From positions 39,815-103,814 of the forward strand of contig DAOKZW010000011.1 in the NCBI GenBank assembly GCA_035325445.1: a stretch of 64,000 bases of DNA, in the 5' to 3' direction. The stretch is from Flavobacteriales bacterium (GTDB taxonomy: Bacteria > Bacteroidota > Bacteroidia > Flavobacteriales_F > PHOS-HE28). Shown piece after piece: positions 20,235 to 29,353 of this stretch (its first letter is position 1; the number at the start of each line of letters is the position of its first letter). The notes under the pieces were generated by a model. The model saw only the letters and a program-made list of their open reading frames with translations. It made no database searches and was not told the origin of the DNA. The position numbers and the translations under genes were made by a program.

Positions 20235-20278
20235 GTTCCTATTCTATTGTTCGGGCTTTCGGCCCGGTCTGTTCGGGG

Positions 20279-21079
20279 TTAGGGCCTTTTGGTGCATACC
20301 ACTTGGTCATCAAACCGCAGGTCCACGGTGCTGTACCTGCGCCAATCGGTTTGTGGTATGCCTTGTTCATAGAACATTTTCAGTTTGTCCAGCCGTTGCT
20401 GGAACCGCTCTCCTTTGCCCATTTTCACCTGCATCATTCCCACACCGGGTATGAGGGTGATGCCTCCTTCCGCATCCATCACGGCCTGGGTGAAGAGGGC
20501 ATCCCACAGGGCCTCCTGCTTCAGGGCTCGCGCCATGGCATATATGGCCCTGCTGTGGCCGGGCCCCGGTATGGTGTCGGTTCCTTGTGCCACGTTCACG
20601 GGGGAGCAGTCCGCGAAAGGTTCATTCAGCTGTCCGGTCACCACGAGCACCCTTGCGGCGTAGTTGGATGCCAAGGGCATGGTCCATCCGTCCTTGTCGA
20701 TGTAGAAGCCCGACCCGTCGGCATTCACGACCCTGACGATGGGTTCGCGTTGCCGTGCCTTCACATGCAGTATGCCGTCCATGGTGTGGTACACGTCCAC
20801 GTCGGCCACGCAGGAGATGGTCCTCAATTGCTGCTCGATGGCCCTTTCATCCACCTTTCCGATGGCGGTTCCGATGACGGGCACTGTTCCGGCCGTCACC
20901 TGTTGTTTGAGCACTTCGGCATCGATGAAGTGCATATCATCGGCAGCATTCAGCTCCACGCGGATATCGCGCACGGGCACATTGCTTCCGGAGTGTTCCA
21001 CGAAGCCTAGGGCGGCAAGCGCTGCCAGGCCTGCGGCCACCCGCGCTGCACGACGCATGATATGCTTCGCCTTGCTCAT
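20279..21079 (-). CDS. ftsQ: Cell division protein FtsQ
   Basis: N-terminal TM (AARVAAGLAALAALGF) and POTRA-like region. It lies between murC and ftsA, with an ATGA overlap to murC. Confidence 0.8.
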   Translation of the reverse strand: MSKAKHIMRRAARVAAGLAALAALGFVEHSGSNVPVRDIRVELNAADDMHFIDAEVLKQQVTAGTVPVIGTAIGKVDERAIEQQLRTISCVADVDVYHTMDGILHVKARQREPIVRVVNADGSGFYIDKDGWTMPLASNYAARVLVVTGQLNEPFADCSPVNVAQGTDTIPGPGHSRAIYAMARALKQEALWDALFTQAVMDAEGGITLIPGVGMMQVKMGKGERFQQRLDKLKMFYEQGIPQTDWRRYSTVDLRFDDQVVCTKRP

Positions 21080-22455
21080 TTCCTTCTGTTCAACATGGCG
21101 GCGATGCCCGGCACCTCCCTATCGATATCCCCCGCCCCAAGGGCCAGCAAGATGTCGATGTTCCTGCCCTCGAGCAGCGGCAACAGTTGCTCCTTTGTAC
21201 ACAGCACGGTGTTAGTCCCTTTCACCTGCTCTGCCAGCCATGCCGAGGTAATGCCGGGCAGGGGCTCTTCCCTTGCCGGATAAATGTCCAGCAGGATGAG
21301 TTCGTCCAGCAATGCGAGGCTTTCGGCAAAGCCGTCCGCCAGGTCGCGGGTCCTGCTGTAGAGGTGCGGTTGAAAGATGCCCGTGACCTTCCTTCCGGGC
21401 CACATTTCGCGTACGCTGCGGATGCAGGCTTCGAGCTCCGTGGGGTGGTGGGCGTAATCGTCGATGAACAAGGTGCTCTCTGTCCGCGCCCTCACCTCAA
21501 ACCGCCTATGCACCCCCCTGAAAGAGGCGAGCGCCTTGCGCAGCGCGGCCTCTTGCACCCCCGCATGCAGGGCCATGGCCCCGGCCGCAACGGCATTCTC
21601 CACATTGTGCCTGCCGGGCATTCCCAGCACCAGGTCGTGCACGGTGCGGTCGCCGATGACCAGGTCGAAGTGGTAGGCCCCGTCGCGCACCGCCACATTC
21701 GCGGCGTGGGGTCCTTCGGCATCATCGATGCCATAGGGCACGGCGTCGCGCAAAATGGCGGCATGTTCCCGCAAGCGTTCCAGCACCCTTCGATGGACGA
21801 ACATCCGCCCTTTCACCAGGCCGGCGAAGTCGGCATAGGCGCGGTACATGGAGTCGGCATCCCCGTATATGTCGAGGTGGTCGGGGTCCATGGCCGTGAT
21901 GATGGCCTCCTCGGGATGCAGGGCGAGGAAGCTGCGGTCGTACTCATCGGCCTCCACCACGTTGATGACGGCGTTGGAATTGAGGAGCACGTTGGTGTCG
22001 TAATTGGCGCTGATGCCGCCCATGAAGGCATTGCAGGGTATGCCCCCTTCGGTGAGGAGGTGGGCCAACATGGTGCTCACGGTTGTCTTGCCATGCGTTC
22101 CTGCCACGGCCACGGTGCGCCGGTCCATGGTCACCAGGCCGAGCACCTCGCTTCGTTTTTTGATGGTGGCCCCTTTCTTGCGCCACCACTCGAGGATGGG
22201 ATTGTCCAAGGGCACCGCGGGTGTGCGCACCACGAGCAATTTGGCGGGGTCTGCCTTTTGGAACTCGGCGGGTATGTTGCGCGGGTCGGTGCTATAGCTG
22301 ACATCGATGCCCTCGTGTGCGAGCTGCACGGCCACTTCGCCGGGGGTGCGGTCATATCCTGCGACGGTAGCCCCTTGTCGCCTGAAATAACGCGCCAGTC
22401 CGCTCATGCCAATGCCGCCGATGCCGATGAAATAGATAAGGTCCGGGCGTTCCAT
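21076..22455 (-). CDS. murC: UDP-N-acetylmuramate--L-alanine ligase
   Basis: IYFIGIGGIGMSGLARY and VAVAGTHGKTTVSTMLAHLL (Mur ligase P-loop). Start trimmed to ATG at 22455. Confidence 0.95.
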   Translation of the reverse strand: MERPDLIYFIGIGGIGMSGLARYFRRQGATVAGYDRTPGEVAVQLAHEGIDVSYSTDPRNIPAEFQKADPAKLLVVRTPAVPLDNPILEWWRKKGATIKKRSEVLGLVTMDRRTVAVAGTHGKTTVSTMLAHLLTEGGIPCNAFMGGISANYDTNVLLNSNAVINVVEADEYDRSFLALHPEEAIITAMDPDHLDIYGDADSMYRAYADFAGLVKGRMFVHRRVLERLREHAAILRDAVPYGIDDAEGPHAANVAVRDGAYHFDLVIGDRTVHDLVLGMPGRHNVENAVAAGAMALHAGVQEAALRKALASFRGVHRRFEVRARTESTLFIDDYAHHPTELEACIRSVREMWPGRKVTGIFQPHLYSRTRDLADGFAESLALLDELILLDIYPAREEPLPGITSAWLAEQVKGTNTVLCTKEQLLPLLEGRNIDILLALGAGDIDREVPGIAAMLNRRK

Positions 22456-22456
22456 G

Positions 22457-23602
22457 TCAGCTCTCCTTGTTTTTTGCATCCCTGTTCTGGCCTGCCAGCC
22501 GCACCACTTCAGCCGCGATGGCTTCCGCGGCATTCGCCGTGCCCAGTGCGGCCATGCCTTGGCTGAGCCGCTCGCGCCCGGCGGCATCGCCGATCAGGCG
22601 CAGCACTTCGTTTCCCAGCTCCGCCTGTGCCTGGGCATCCTTCACCATCACGGCCGCACCTCTTTCCACCAGTGCATTGGCATTGCTGGTCTGGTGGTCC
22701 TCTGCGGCAGTGGGCAGCGGCACCAGTATGGCGGGCAGGCGCGTGAGGCACAGTTCGCTTACGCTGATGGCCCCGGCGCGGGCCACCACGAGGTCGGCCA
22801 CGGCATAGGCGAGGTCCATGCGGTTGATGAAGTCGTACACGTGCGCCCCGGCGTATCCGGTCTTTTCCACCTCCTGCTTGGCCTGTGCATAATAGGGGGC
22901 GCCTGTCTGCCAAACGAGCTGCACGCCCGCCTCCTTGAGCTTGGGCAATGCGGCGGACACCCCCAGATTGATCCCGCGGGCACCCAAGCTTCCCCCGGTA
23001 ACGAGCAGCACGGGCGCATCATCGCGCAGGCCGAACTGCTCGAGGCCACGGGGCTTCTTGCCGGCCAGCCGCACCATGTTCTGCCGCACGGGGTTGCCCG
23101 TCAGGCGGATCTTCTCCCGCGGGAAATACTTCTCCATGGCGGGATAGGCCACGCAAATGATGTCGGCCTTCTTGGCCAGCATGCGGTTGGTGGCCCCGGC
23201 GTGGCTGTTCTGCTCCTGGATGAGGGTGGGCACGCCGGCCCTTTGCGCGGCGGCGAGTACGGGCCCGCTGGCATAGCCTCCCACCCCTACGGCCACATGT
23301 GGCCTGAACTTGCGCACGATGCTCCGCGCCTTCCACATGCTCTTGGCCAGCCGCCATGGCAGGCCGATATTCTTCCACATGGCATGCCGCTGGAAGCCGC
23401 GTATGGGCAGCCCGGTGATTTCGTACCCGGCTGCCGGCACCTTCTCCATCTCCATTTTTCCCTCGGCCCCCACGAAGAGGAACCGGGTGCCCGGCCACCC
23501 CTCCTTCAAGGCGTTGGCAATGGCAATGGCCGGGAAGATGTGCCCCCCGGTGCCGCCCCCGCTGATCAATATCCTAAGCGGCTGCTGCATGTCGTTGTCC
23601 AT
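22457..23602 (-). CDS. murG: UDP-GlcNAc:lipid I GlcNAc transferase MurG
   Basis: ILISGGGTGGHIFPAIAIANAL and GGSLGARGIN. The start could instead be the internal ATG four codons downstream. Confidence 0.93.
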   Translation of the reverse strand: MDNDMQQPLRILISGGGTGGHIFPAIAIANALKEGWPGTRFLFVGAEGKMEMEKVPAAGYEITGLPIRGFQRHAMWKNIGLPWRLAKSMWKARSIVRKFRPHVAVGVGGYASGPVLAAAQRAGVPTLIQEQNSHAGATNRMLAKKADIICVAYPAMEKYFPREKIRLTGNPVRQNMVRLAGKKPRGLEQFGLRDDAPVLLVTGGSLGARGINLGVSAALPKLKEAGVQLVWQTGAPYYAQAKQEVEKTGYAGAHVYDFINRMDLAYAVADLVVARAGAISVSELCLTRLPAILVPLPTAAEDHQTSNANALVERGAAVMVKDAQAQAELGNEVLRLIGDAAGRERLSQGMAALGTANAAEAIAAEVVRLAGQNRDAKNKES

Positions 23603-24764
23603 TCAGGTTCCGTGCCGCCCCTTCCGTTCCGTTGGCCGTATCATACACGCTACGGCTGATGCTGAGCATGATGCCGAGCGACAGGCAGGTAAACCACATG
23701 CTGGTACCGCCCATGCTCACCAATGGCAACGGCTGCCCGGTCACCGGCACCAGGTTCACCCCTACCGCCATGTTCACCAAGGCTTGCAGGACGAGGCTCA
23801 GGGCGAGCCCCATGGCCGCCAACGAGCCGAAGGGTTTTTCGCACCGGTTGGCGAGTTTGGTCGCCCTGGAAAAGAGGATGAGGTACAGGAGCATCAGGCC
23901 TGTTCCTCCCAGGATGGACCCATACTCCTCGATGATGAAGGCGTAGATCATGTCGCTCTCGGGGTGCGGCATGTAGTTGCGCGAGGTGCCGGTGCCCGGG
24001 CCGTTGGGGAGGAGCCCGCCGTGAACGATGGCGATCTTGGCGTTGTTCACCTGATAGTTGGCCTCCCTGTCATCGCCGCCATGGTGCGTCAACCGCGACT
24101 GCCATGTGTTCAGTCGGGGCAGCAGCTCGGGGTTGGCCTTGGACAACAGCAACAGGAGCATGCCCGCACCCACGGCCATGCCGACCACGCCCAGCAGGTG
24201 GCGCACGGGCACCCGGGCGATGTACATGAGAAGCAAGCAGGTAGCGAACAACAGGGCGGCCGTGGAGAAGTTGGCGGGCAGGATCAGGCCGCAGATGGCC
24301 CCCAGGGGCAGCATCAGCTTGATGATCACTTCGCGGAACGTCCACGGTTCCTCCCTTGTTCTTCCGAGCACCCTGGCGAGGTACAGCACGATCACTACGC
24401 GGGCCAGGTCGCTGGTTTGGAACGTGATGCCTACGCCCGGTATGGCGAGCCATCGTGATGCTCCGTTCACATTGGTTCCGATGAGCAAGGTGAGGCCCAG
24501 CAGGAGGATGGTGACGGACAGGCCCAATTGCGCGAGCTTGGAATAGGCGGTGTAGCGGATCCTGCTGGCGGCGTACATGATGAAGCCTCCCGCAGCGAGC
24601 ATCAATGCGTGCTTGACCAGTATGCGGAACGTGCCCCCGGTATGCTGCCACCCCATCCACGAGGAAGCGCTATACACGGCCAGCAGGCTGGTGGCGCCCA
24701 GGAGCATGGCCACGACCCAGATGCTGCGATCGCCTTTGAGGTGCTGGTTGAAGAGGTTGTTCAT
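23574..24764 (-). CDS. ftsW: SEDS-family peptidoglycan polymerase FtsW
   Basis: Polytopic membrane protein with SEDS motifs (RWLAIPGVGITFQTSDLAR, PESDMIYAFIIEEYG, PVTGQPLPLVSMGGTS). Start trimmed to ATG at 24764. Confidence 0.92.
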   Translation of the reverse strand: MNNLFNQHLKGDRSIWVVAMLLGATSLLAVYSASSWMGWQHTGGTFRILVKHALMLAAGGFIMYAASRIRYTAYSKLAQLGLSVTILLLGLTLLIGTNVNGASRWLAIPGVGITFQTSDLARVVIVLYLARVLGRTREEPWTFREVIIKLMLPLGAICGLILPANFSTAALLFATCLLLMYIARVPVRHLLGVVGMAVGAGMLLLLLSKANPELLPRLNTWQSRLTHHGGDDREANYQVNNAKIAIVHGGLLPNGPGTGTSRNYMPHPESDMIYAFIIEEYGSILGGTGLMLLYLILFSRATKLANRCEKPFGSLAAMGLALSLVLQALVNMAVGVNLVPVTGQPLPLVSMGGTSMWFTCLSLGIMLSISRSVYDTANGTEGAARNLNGQRHAAAA

Positions 24765-24792
24765 GTTCCTGTGTCCTTGCCTGGCCGGCTGT

Positions 24793-25290
24793 TCAGAGGT
24801 CTTCGACAGCCCGTATGAATTCCGCTGCGCGCTCCGCGTGGTTGGCGGCTTCGTCCGTGCTGGGGCATGCGGGGCTGAACAGGACCCTTGTTCCCGGCTG
24901 CGCCAATTCCCGCGCGGCGAAGACCGCGGTCCGGAGGCAGTCCGCATTATACACCTGCCCGAGCTCGGCGTCCAAGGCATCCACCTGGTCCGCTGCGGCC
25001 TTCCCATAAAACACAATGGCATCCACATGCTGGGCCATGAATGCCTTGAGGCGGTCCTCCATGGCGGCCACCATGGGTGCCCCCGCTATCCACACCAAAG
25101 GCTTTCCGAGGTCGATGATGGACAGGAGGGCGGCGTCGAGGAAGGTACTGCTGCTGTCATCAATGTATTCCACCTCGTCCAGGGTGGCGACGGTACGCAG
25201 GCTATGCGGCCCTTGGCGCGCCTCGGCCAGGCCCTGGTCGCGCATGTCAACCAGTTCTTTCGCCAGCTCGTATGTCCCGGTCTTCTCCAT
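24793..25290 (-). CDS. Stand-alone MurD C-terminal-domain-like protein (165 aa)
   Basis: Collinear, by eye, with the last roughly 135 aa of the adjacent MurD. The matching blocks are HSLRTVATLDEVEYIDDSSSTF / [31 protein letters not shown] / NPVIWVVGG and GTRVLFSPACPSTD...ERAAEFIRAVEDL / [14 protein letters not shown]...[13 protein letters not shown]. It has its own ATG and stop, and codon usage like its neighbours. Confidence 0.7.
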   Translation of the reverse strand: MEKTGTYELAKELVDMRDQGLAEARQGPHSLRTVATLDEVEYIDDSSSTFLDAALLSIIDLGKPLVWIAGAPMVAAMEDRLKAFMAQHVDAIVFYGKAAADQVDALDAELGQVYNADCLRTAVFAARELAQPGTRVLFSPACPSTDEAANHAERAAEFIRAVEDL

Positions 25291-25311
25291 GTCCCTGTCT
25301 TGCCTTCTTTT

Positions 25312-26646
25312 TTACAGGGCACGCACGGCGGCCTTGAACTTCCGGCCTCGGTCCTCATAGTTCTCGAAGAGGTCGAAGCTGGCGCAGGCGGGGCTGAGGA
25401 GCACCACGTCGCCGGGGTCCCCCAGTTCATAACCGGCATTCACGGCCTTCTCCGCGGAGTCCACGTCCACCATGTCCGCCACGATATCACCGAACGCTTG
25501 GTGGATCTTGGCATTGTCCGTTCCCAGGCAAATGATGGCCTTCACCTTCTGTCGCACCAGGTCGCGCAGCTCGGTGTAGTTGTTGCCTTTGTCCACCCCG
25601 CCGACCACCCAGATCACCGGATTTTCCATGCTTTCCAGGGCGTACCAGGTGCTGTTCACGTTGGTGGCCTTGGAGTCGTTGATGAACTCGATGCCGTTCA
25701 CCTTGCCCACGCGCTCCATGCGGTGCTCCACGTTCTGGAAGTCGCTGAGCGCCTCCCGCACCACATCCTTCCTCACTTCCAGCACGCGTGCTGCGATGCT
25801 TGCCGCCAAGGAGTTGTACACGTTGTGTTTGCCCTGCAGGGCCAGTTCAAGGATGCTCATGTTGAAAGTGGTTTGATGGGTGTGGATGTGGATGGTTTCG
25901 TTGTGGAGATAGCCTCCCTGCTCCATGGGCACGCGGATGGAGAAGGGCCATTGGCGCGCGTTCACCGTGTGGCGTTTCAGCCCTTGGATGGTCTGCGGGT
26001 CGTCGGCGTTGTAGATGAAATGGTCTTCCCGCCCCTGGTTCATGGTGATGCGGAACTTGCTGTCCACATAATTCTCCATGCGGTTGTCGTACCTGTCCAG
26101 GTGGTCGGGCGTGATGTTGGTGATCACGGCGATGTGTGGCTTGAGGGTGCTTGTTCCATCGAGCTGGAAACTGCTCAGTTCCAACACGAGCAGGTCGTGC
26201 CGTTCCTTGGCGACCATCGCGGCGAATGAGGTGCCCACATTGCCCGCCAATCCCACGTTCATGCCGGCCTTCTTGAGGATATGGTGCAAGAGCAGGGTGG
26301 TCGTTGTCTTTCCGTTGCTTCCGGTGATGCCGATGATGGGCACATTCACATGGCGTGCGGCGAACTCCACCTCGGCGATCACCGGTACGCCCTTCGCGCG
26401 CAGGGCCTTCACCATGGAGGCCGTATCGGGGATGCCGGGGCTCTTCACCACCTCTGCTGCCTCCATGACCTTGGCCACGGTGTGGCCACCTTGCTCATAG
26501 TCCACCCCGGCCTGGTCCAGCTGCTCCCGGAAGGTGGCCGGTATGGGCCCGGCATCGCTGACAAACACGGGCAGGCCCAGTTTTTTGGCCAGCAATGCGG
26601 CGCCCACCCCGCTTTCCCGCGCACCCAGCACCACGAGCTTCCTCAT
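25312..26646 (-). CDS. murD: UDP-N-acetylmuramoylalanine--D-glutamate ligase
   Basis: [35 protein letters not shown] and [10 protein letters not shown]. Confidence 0.95.
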   Translation of the reverse strand: MRKLVVLGARESGVGAALLAKKLGLPVFVSDAGPIPATFREQLDQAGVDYEQGGHTVAKVMEAAEVVKSPGIPDTASMVKALRAKGVPVIAEVEFAARHVNVPIIGITGSNGKTTTTLLLHHILKKAGMNVGLAGNVGTSFAAMVAKERHDLLVLELSSFQLDGTSTLKPHIAVITNITPDHLDRYDNRMENYVDSKFRITMNQGREDHFIYNADDPQTIQGLKRHTVNARQWPFSIRVPMEQGGYLHNETIHIHTHQTTFNMSILELALQGKHNVYNSLAASIAARVLEVRKDVVREALSDFQNVEHRMERVGKVNGIEFINDSKATNVNSTWYALESMENPVIWVVGGVDKGNNYTELRDLVRQKVKAIICLGTDNAKIHQAFGDIVADMVDVDSAEKAVNAGYELGDPGDVVLLSPACASFDLFENYEDRGRKFKAAVRAL

Positions 26647-27893
26647 CGCAGTTTCAGGGTTACGATGGTGAACACGGCGAGCATCACGCCCACAATGAGG
26701 AATCGGGTAACGATCTTGCTTTCGTGATACCCGAGCTTTTGATAGTGGTGGTGCAGGGGCGCCATCTTGAAGATCCTGCGCCCTTCCCCGTAGCGTTTAC
26801 GGGTGTACTTGAACCATGAGACCTGCAGCATCACACTGAGGTTCTCCACCACGAACACGCCGCAGAGCACGGGGATCAGCAGTTCCTTGCGCACCAGGAT
26901 GGCCAAGGCGGCGATGACGCCGCCGAGCGCGAGGCTTCCCGTATCGCCCATGAAGACCTGGGCCGGGTAGGCATTGTACCATAGGAAGCCGATGCAGGCG
27001 CCGAGCAGCGCCCCCACGAACACCACCAGCTCACCGATGCCGGGGATGTACATCACGTCCAGGTACTGGGCAAACACGATGTTGCCCCCGATATAGGTCA
27101 ACACGCCCAATGTCAGCACCATGATGGCGCTGCTTCCGGCGGCGAGCCCATCAATGCCATCCGTGATATTGGCACCATTGCTCACGGCCGTGATGATGAA
27201 CACCACCACCAGGACGTACAGCAACCAGGTATACTTGCGCGCCTCCGGCCCGAACAGGCCCATCACCGAGGAGTAATTGAGCTCGTTTCCCTTCACGAAA
27301 GGGATGGTGGTATTGGGCAAGCGGCGATCCAGCAGGTAATGGACGTTGCCATTCTCCTCCACGAAGCGGGTCACCTGCTCCTCGGGAAATTGGTCCGCGA
27401 TCACCTGGGGCACCTCCACCTTGGTCCGGATGGAGGGATGGAAGTACACGGTAAGGCCTATGACCAGGCCGACGCCCACTTGGCCGATGACCTTGAAGCT
27501 CCCCGCCAACCCGCGTTTATCCTTCTTGAACACCTTGATGTAGTCATCGAGGAACCCGATGGCGCCGAGCCAGAGGATGGCGAGGAGCATCAGCAGGATG
27601 TAGATATTGTCGAGCCGGGCGAACAGCAGCGTTGGTATCACCGTGGCGCCGATGATGATGAGCCCTCCCATGGTGGGTGTTCCCTGCTTTTCGATCTGGC
27701 CATGGAGGCCGAGGTCGCGCACGGTTTCGCCCACTTGCTTGCGTTGGAGCAGGCGTATGATGTCCTTGCCGAACCACATGGAGATCACCAGCGATACGAT
27801 CAGTGCCATCCCGGCCCTGAAGCTGATGTAGTCGAAGACCCCGCTTCCGGGGAAATCGAGGCCAAGTCCTTTCACCAGGTGGTACAACATCAC
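26643..27893 (-). CDS. mraY: Phospho-N-acetylmuramoyl-pentapeptide transferase
   Basis: [33 protein letters not shown] and APLHHHY. Confidence 0.96.
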   Translation of the reverse strand: MMLYHLVKGLGLDFPGSGVFDYISFRAGMALIVSLVISMWFGKDIIRLLQRKQVGETVRDLGLHGQIEKQGTPTMGGLIIIGATVIPTLLFARLDNIYILLMLLAILWLGAIGFLDDYIKVFKKDKRGLAGSFKVIGQVGVGLVIGLTVYFHPSIRTKVEVPQVIADQFPEEQVTRFVEENGNVHYLLDRRLPNTTIPFVKGNELNYSSVMGLFGPEARKYTWLLYVLVVVFIITAVSNGANITDGIDGLAAGSSAIMVLTLGVLTYIGGNIVFAQYLDVMYIPGIGELVVFVGALLGACIGFLWYNAYPAQVFMGDTGSLALGGVIAALAILVRKELLIPVLCGVFVVENLSVMLQVSWFKYTRKRYGEGRRIFKMAPLHHHYQKLGYHESKIVTRFLIVGVMLAVFTIVTLKLR

Positions 27894-29353
27894 TTGTGCA
27901 GCTGTTCGAGGGTTAACCTGAGTTCCTCCACATCGTCGAAGTGGTGGCGGACGCCCTTCACTTCCTGGTAGTTTTCATGGCCTTTCCCGGCCACGAGGAC
28001 CACATCGCCGGGCTGTGCCATTCCCACGGCCTGTCGGATGGCTTCCCGTCGGTCGGCGTTCACGAACACGCGCGCCTGGTCCGGAGGCAGTATGCCGGCG
28101 CGCATCTGGTTGATGATGTCCAGGGGTTCCTCGCTGCGCGGGTTGTCGCTCGTGAGCACCACGTTGCGGCTCATGGATGCGGCTATGGCGGCCATGACCG
28201 GCCTTTTGCCTTTGTCGCGATCGCCTCCGCACCCCACCACGGTGAGCACATGGTGGCGGTCTCCGCACACGGCCGCAATGGTATCGAGCACGTTCTTCAG
28301 CGCATCGGGCGTGTGGGCGTAGTCCACGATGCCGATCACGCCGCTTTTGCCCCGCACCACTTGGAACCGGCCGGGCGGCGGCTCCAGGCCGCTAAGCGCG
28401 GTGAGCACCTCCAGGGCGGGCATGCCCAACAGGACGGCTGCGGCGTACACCGCGAGGATATTGCTTGCATTGAACTCCCCCACCAGGCGTGTGTATACAT
28501 CATGCCCGTCGATGTTGAGCTGCAGGCCCGTCAATTGGTTCTCGATGATGCGGGCCCTATGGTCGGCCATGTTCCGCACGGCGTAGGTGCTCTTGGCGGC
28601 CTTGGTGTTCTGCACCATCACCGCCCCGTGCGCGTCATCGGCGTTCACCAAGGCGACGGCATCCGCCGGCAAGGCATCGAAGAAACCCTTCTTGGCCTGT
28701 ATGTAGGCATCGAAGGTTTTGTGGTAATCCAAGTGGTCGCGTGTGATGTTGGTGAACACGCCCAAGGCATAGTTCAACCCGGCGATCCGCTCCTGCACCA
28801 CGGCATGGCTGCTCACTTCCATGAAGCAATAGGCAATGCCCATCTCGGCCATTTGCGCCAGCATGGTGTTCAGGCTCAAGGGGTCGGGGGTGGTATGCGT
28901 GGCGGGCACCACCACCTCACCCATGCGCACCTCCACGGTTGAGATCAGCCCGCTCTTATGGCCGAGGGTGCCGAAGAGCTTGTATAACAGGGTGGCTACG
29001 CTGGTCTTGCCGTTCGTGCCGGTTATGCCCACCAGTTTCAACTTGCGGTCGGGGTGGTCATGGAAATTGCCGGCCATGATGGCCAAGGCATGCCTGCTGT
29101 CGGCCACGCGCACATAGGTCACTCCCTGCTCCAGTCGCTTGGGCAGGTCTTCGCAAATGATGGCCACGGCACCTTTGCCCACGGCCATATCAATGAACCC
29201 GTGCCCATCGCCCGCGGCGCCGCGCACGGCCACGAAAGCCGTTCCCGCGGCCACTTTCCGGCTATCGAAGGCCAAGGCTTCCACGGCTACGTGGGTATCT
29301 CCCACCACCTGTTCCAGGCAGGTCCGATAGAGTATGTCCTTCAACAGTTTCAT
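27890..29353 (-). CDS. murE: UDP-MurNAc-L-Ala-D-Glu--2,6-diaminopimelate ligase
   Basis: [27 protein letters not shown] and DNPRSE (the DNPR motif suggests meso-DAP specificity). Start trimmed to ATG at 29353. Confidence 0.93.
   Translation of the reverse strand: MKLLKDILYRTCLEQVVGDTHVAVEALAFDSRKVAAGTAFVAVRGAAGDGHGFIDMAVGKGAVAIICEDLPKRLEQGVTYVRVADSRHALAIMAGNFHDHPDRKLKLVGITGTNGKTSVATLLYKLFGTLGHKSGLISTVEVRMGEVVVPATHTTPDPLSLNTMLAQMAEMGIAYCFMEVSSHAVVQERIAGLNYALGVFTNITRDHLDYHKTFDAYIQAKKGFFDALPADAVALVNADDAHGAVMVQNTKAAKSTYAVRNMADHRARIIENQLTGLQLNIDGHDVYTRLVGEFNASNILAVYAAAVLLGMPALEVLTALSGLEPPPGRFQVVRGKSGVIGIVDYAHTPDALKNVLDTIAAVCGDRHHVLTVVGCGGDRDKGKRPVMAAIAASMSRNVVLTSDNPRSEEPLDIINQMRAGILPPDQARVFVNADRREAIRQAVGMAQPGDVVLVAGKGHENYQEVKGVRHHFDDVEELRLTLEQLHK

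Noticed and set aside
17417-20282. Very long plus-strand ORFs (516 aa and 749 aa) antisense to ftsZ and ftsA.
   Set aside because: The opposite strand encodes unmistakable FtsZ and FtsA. The antisense products are low-complexity (Arg/Gly/His/Ala-rich) with no motifs. This is the typical stop-codon depletion of a GC-rich genome.
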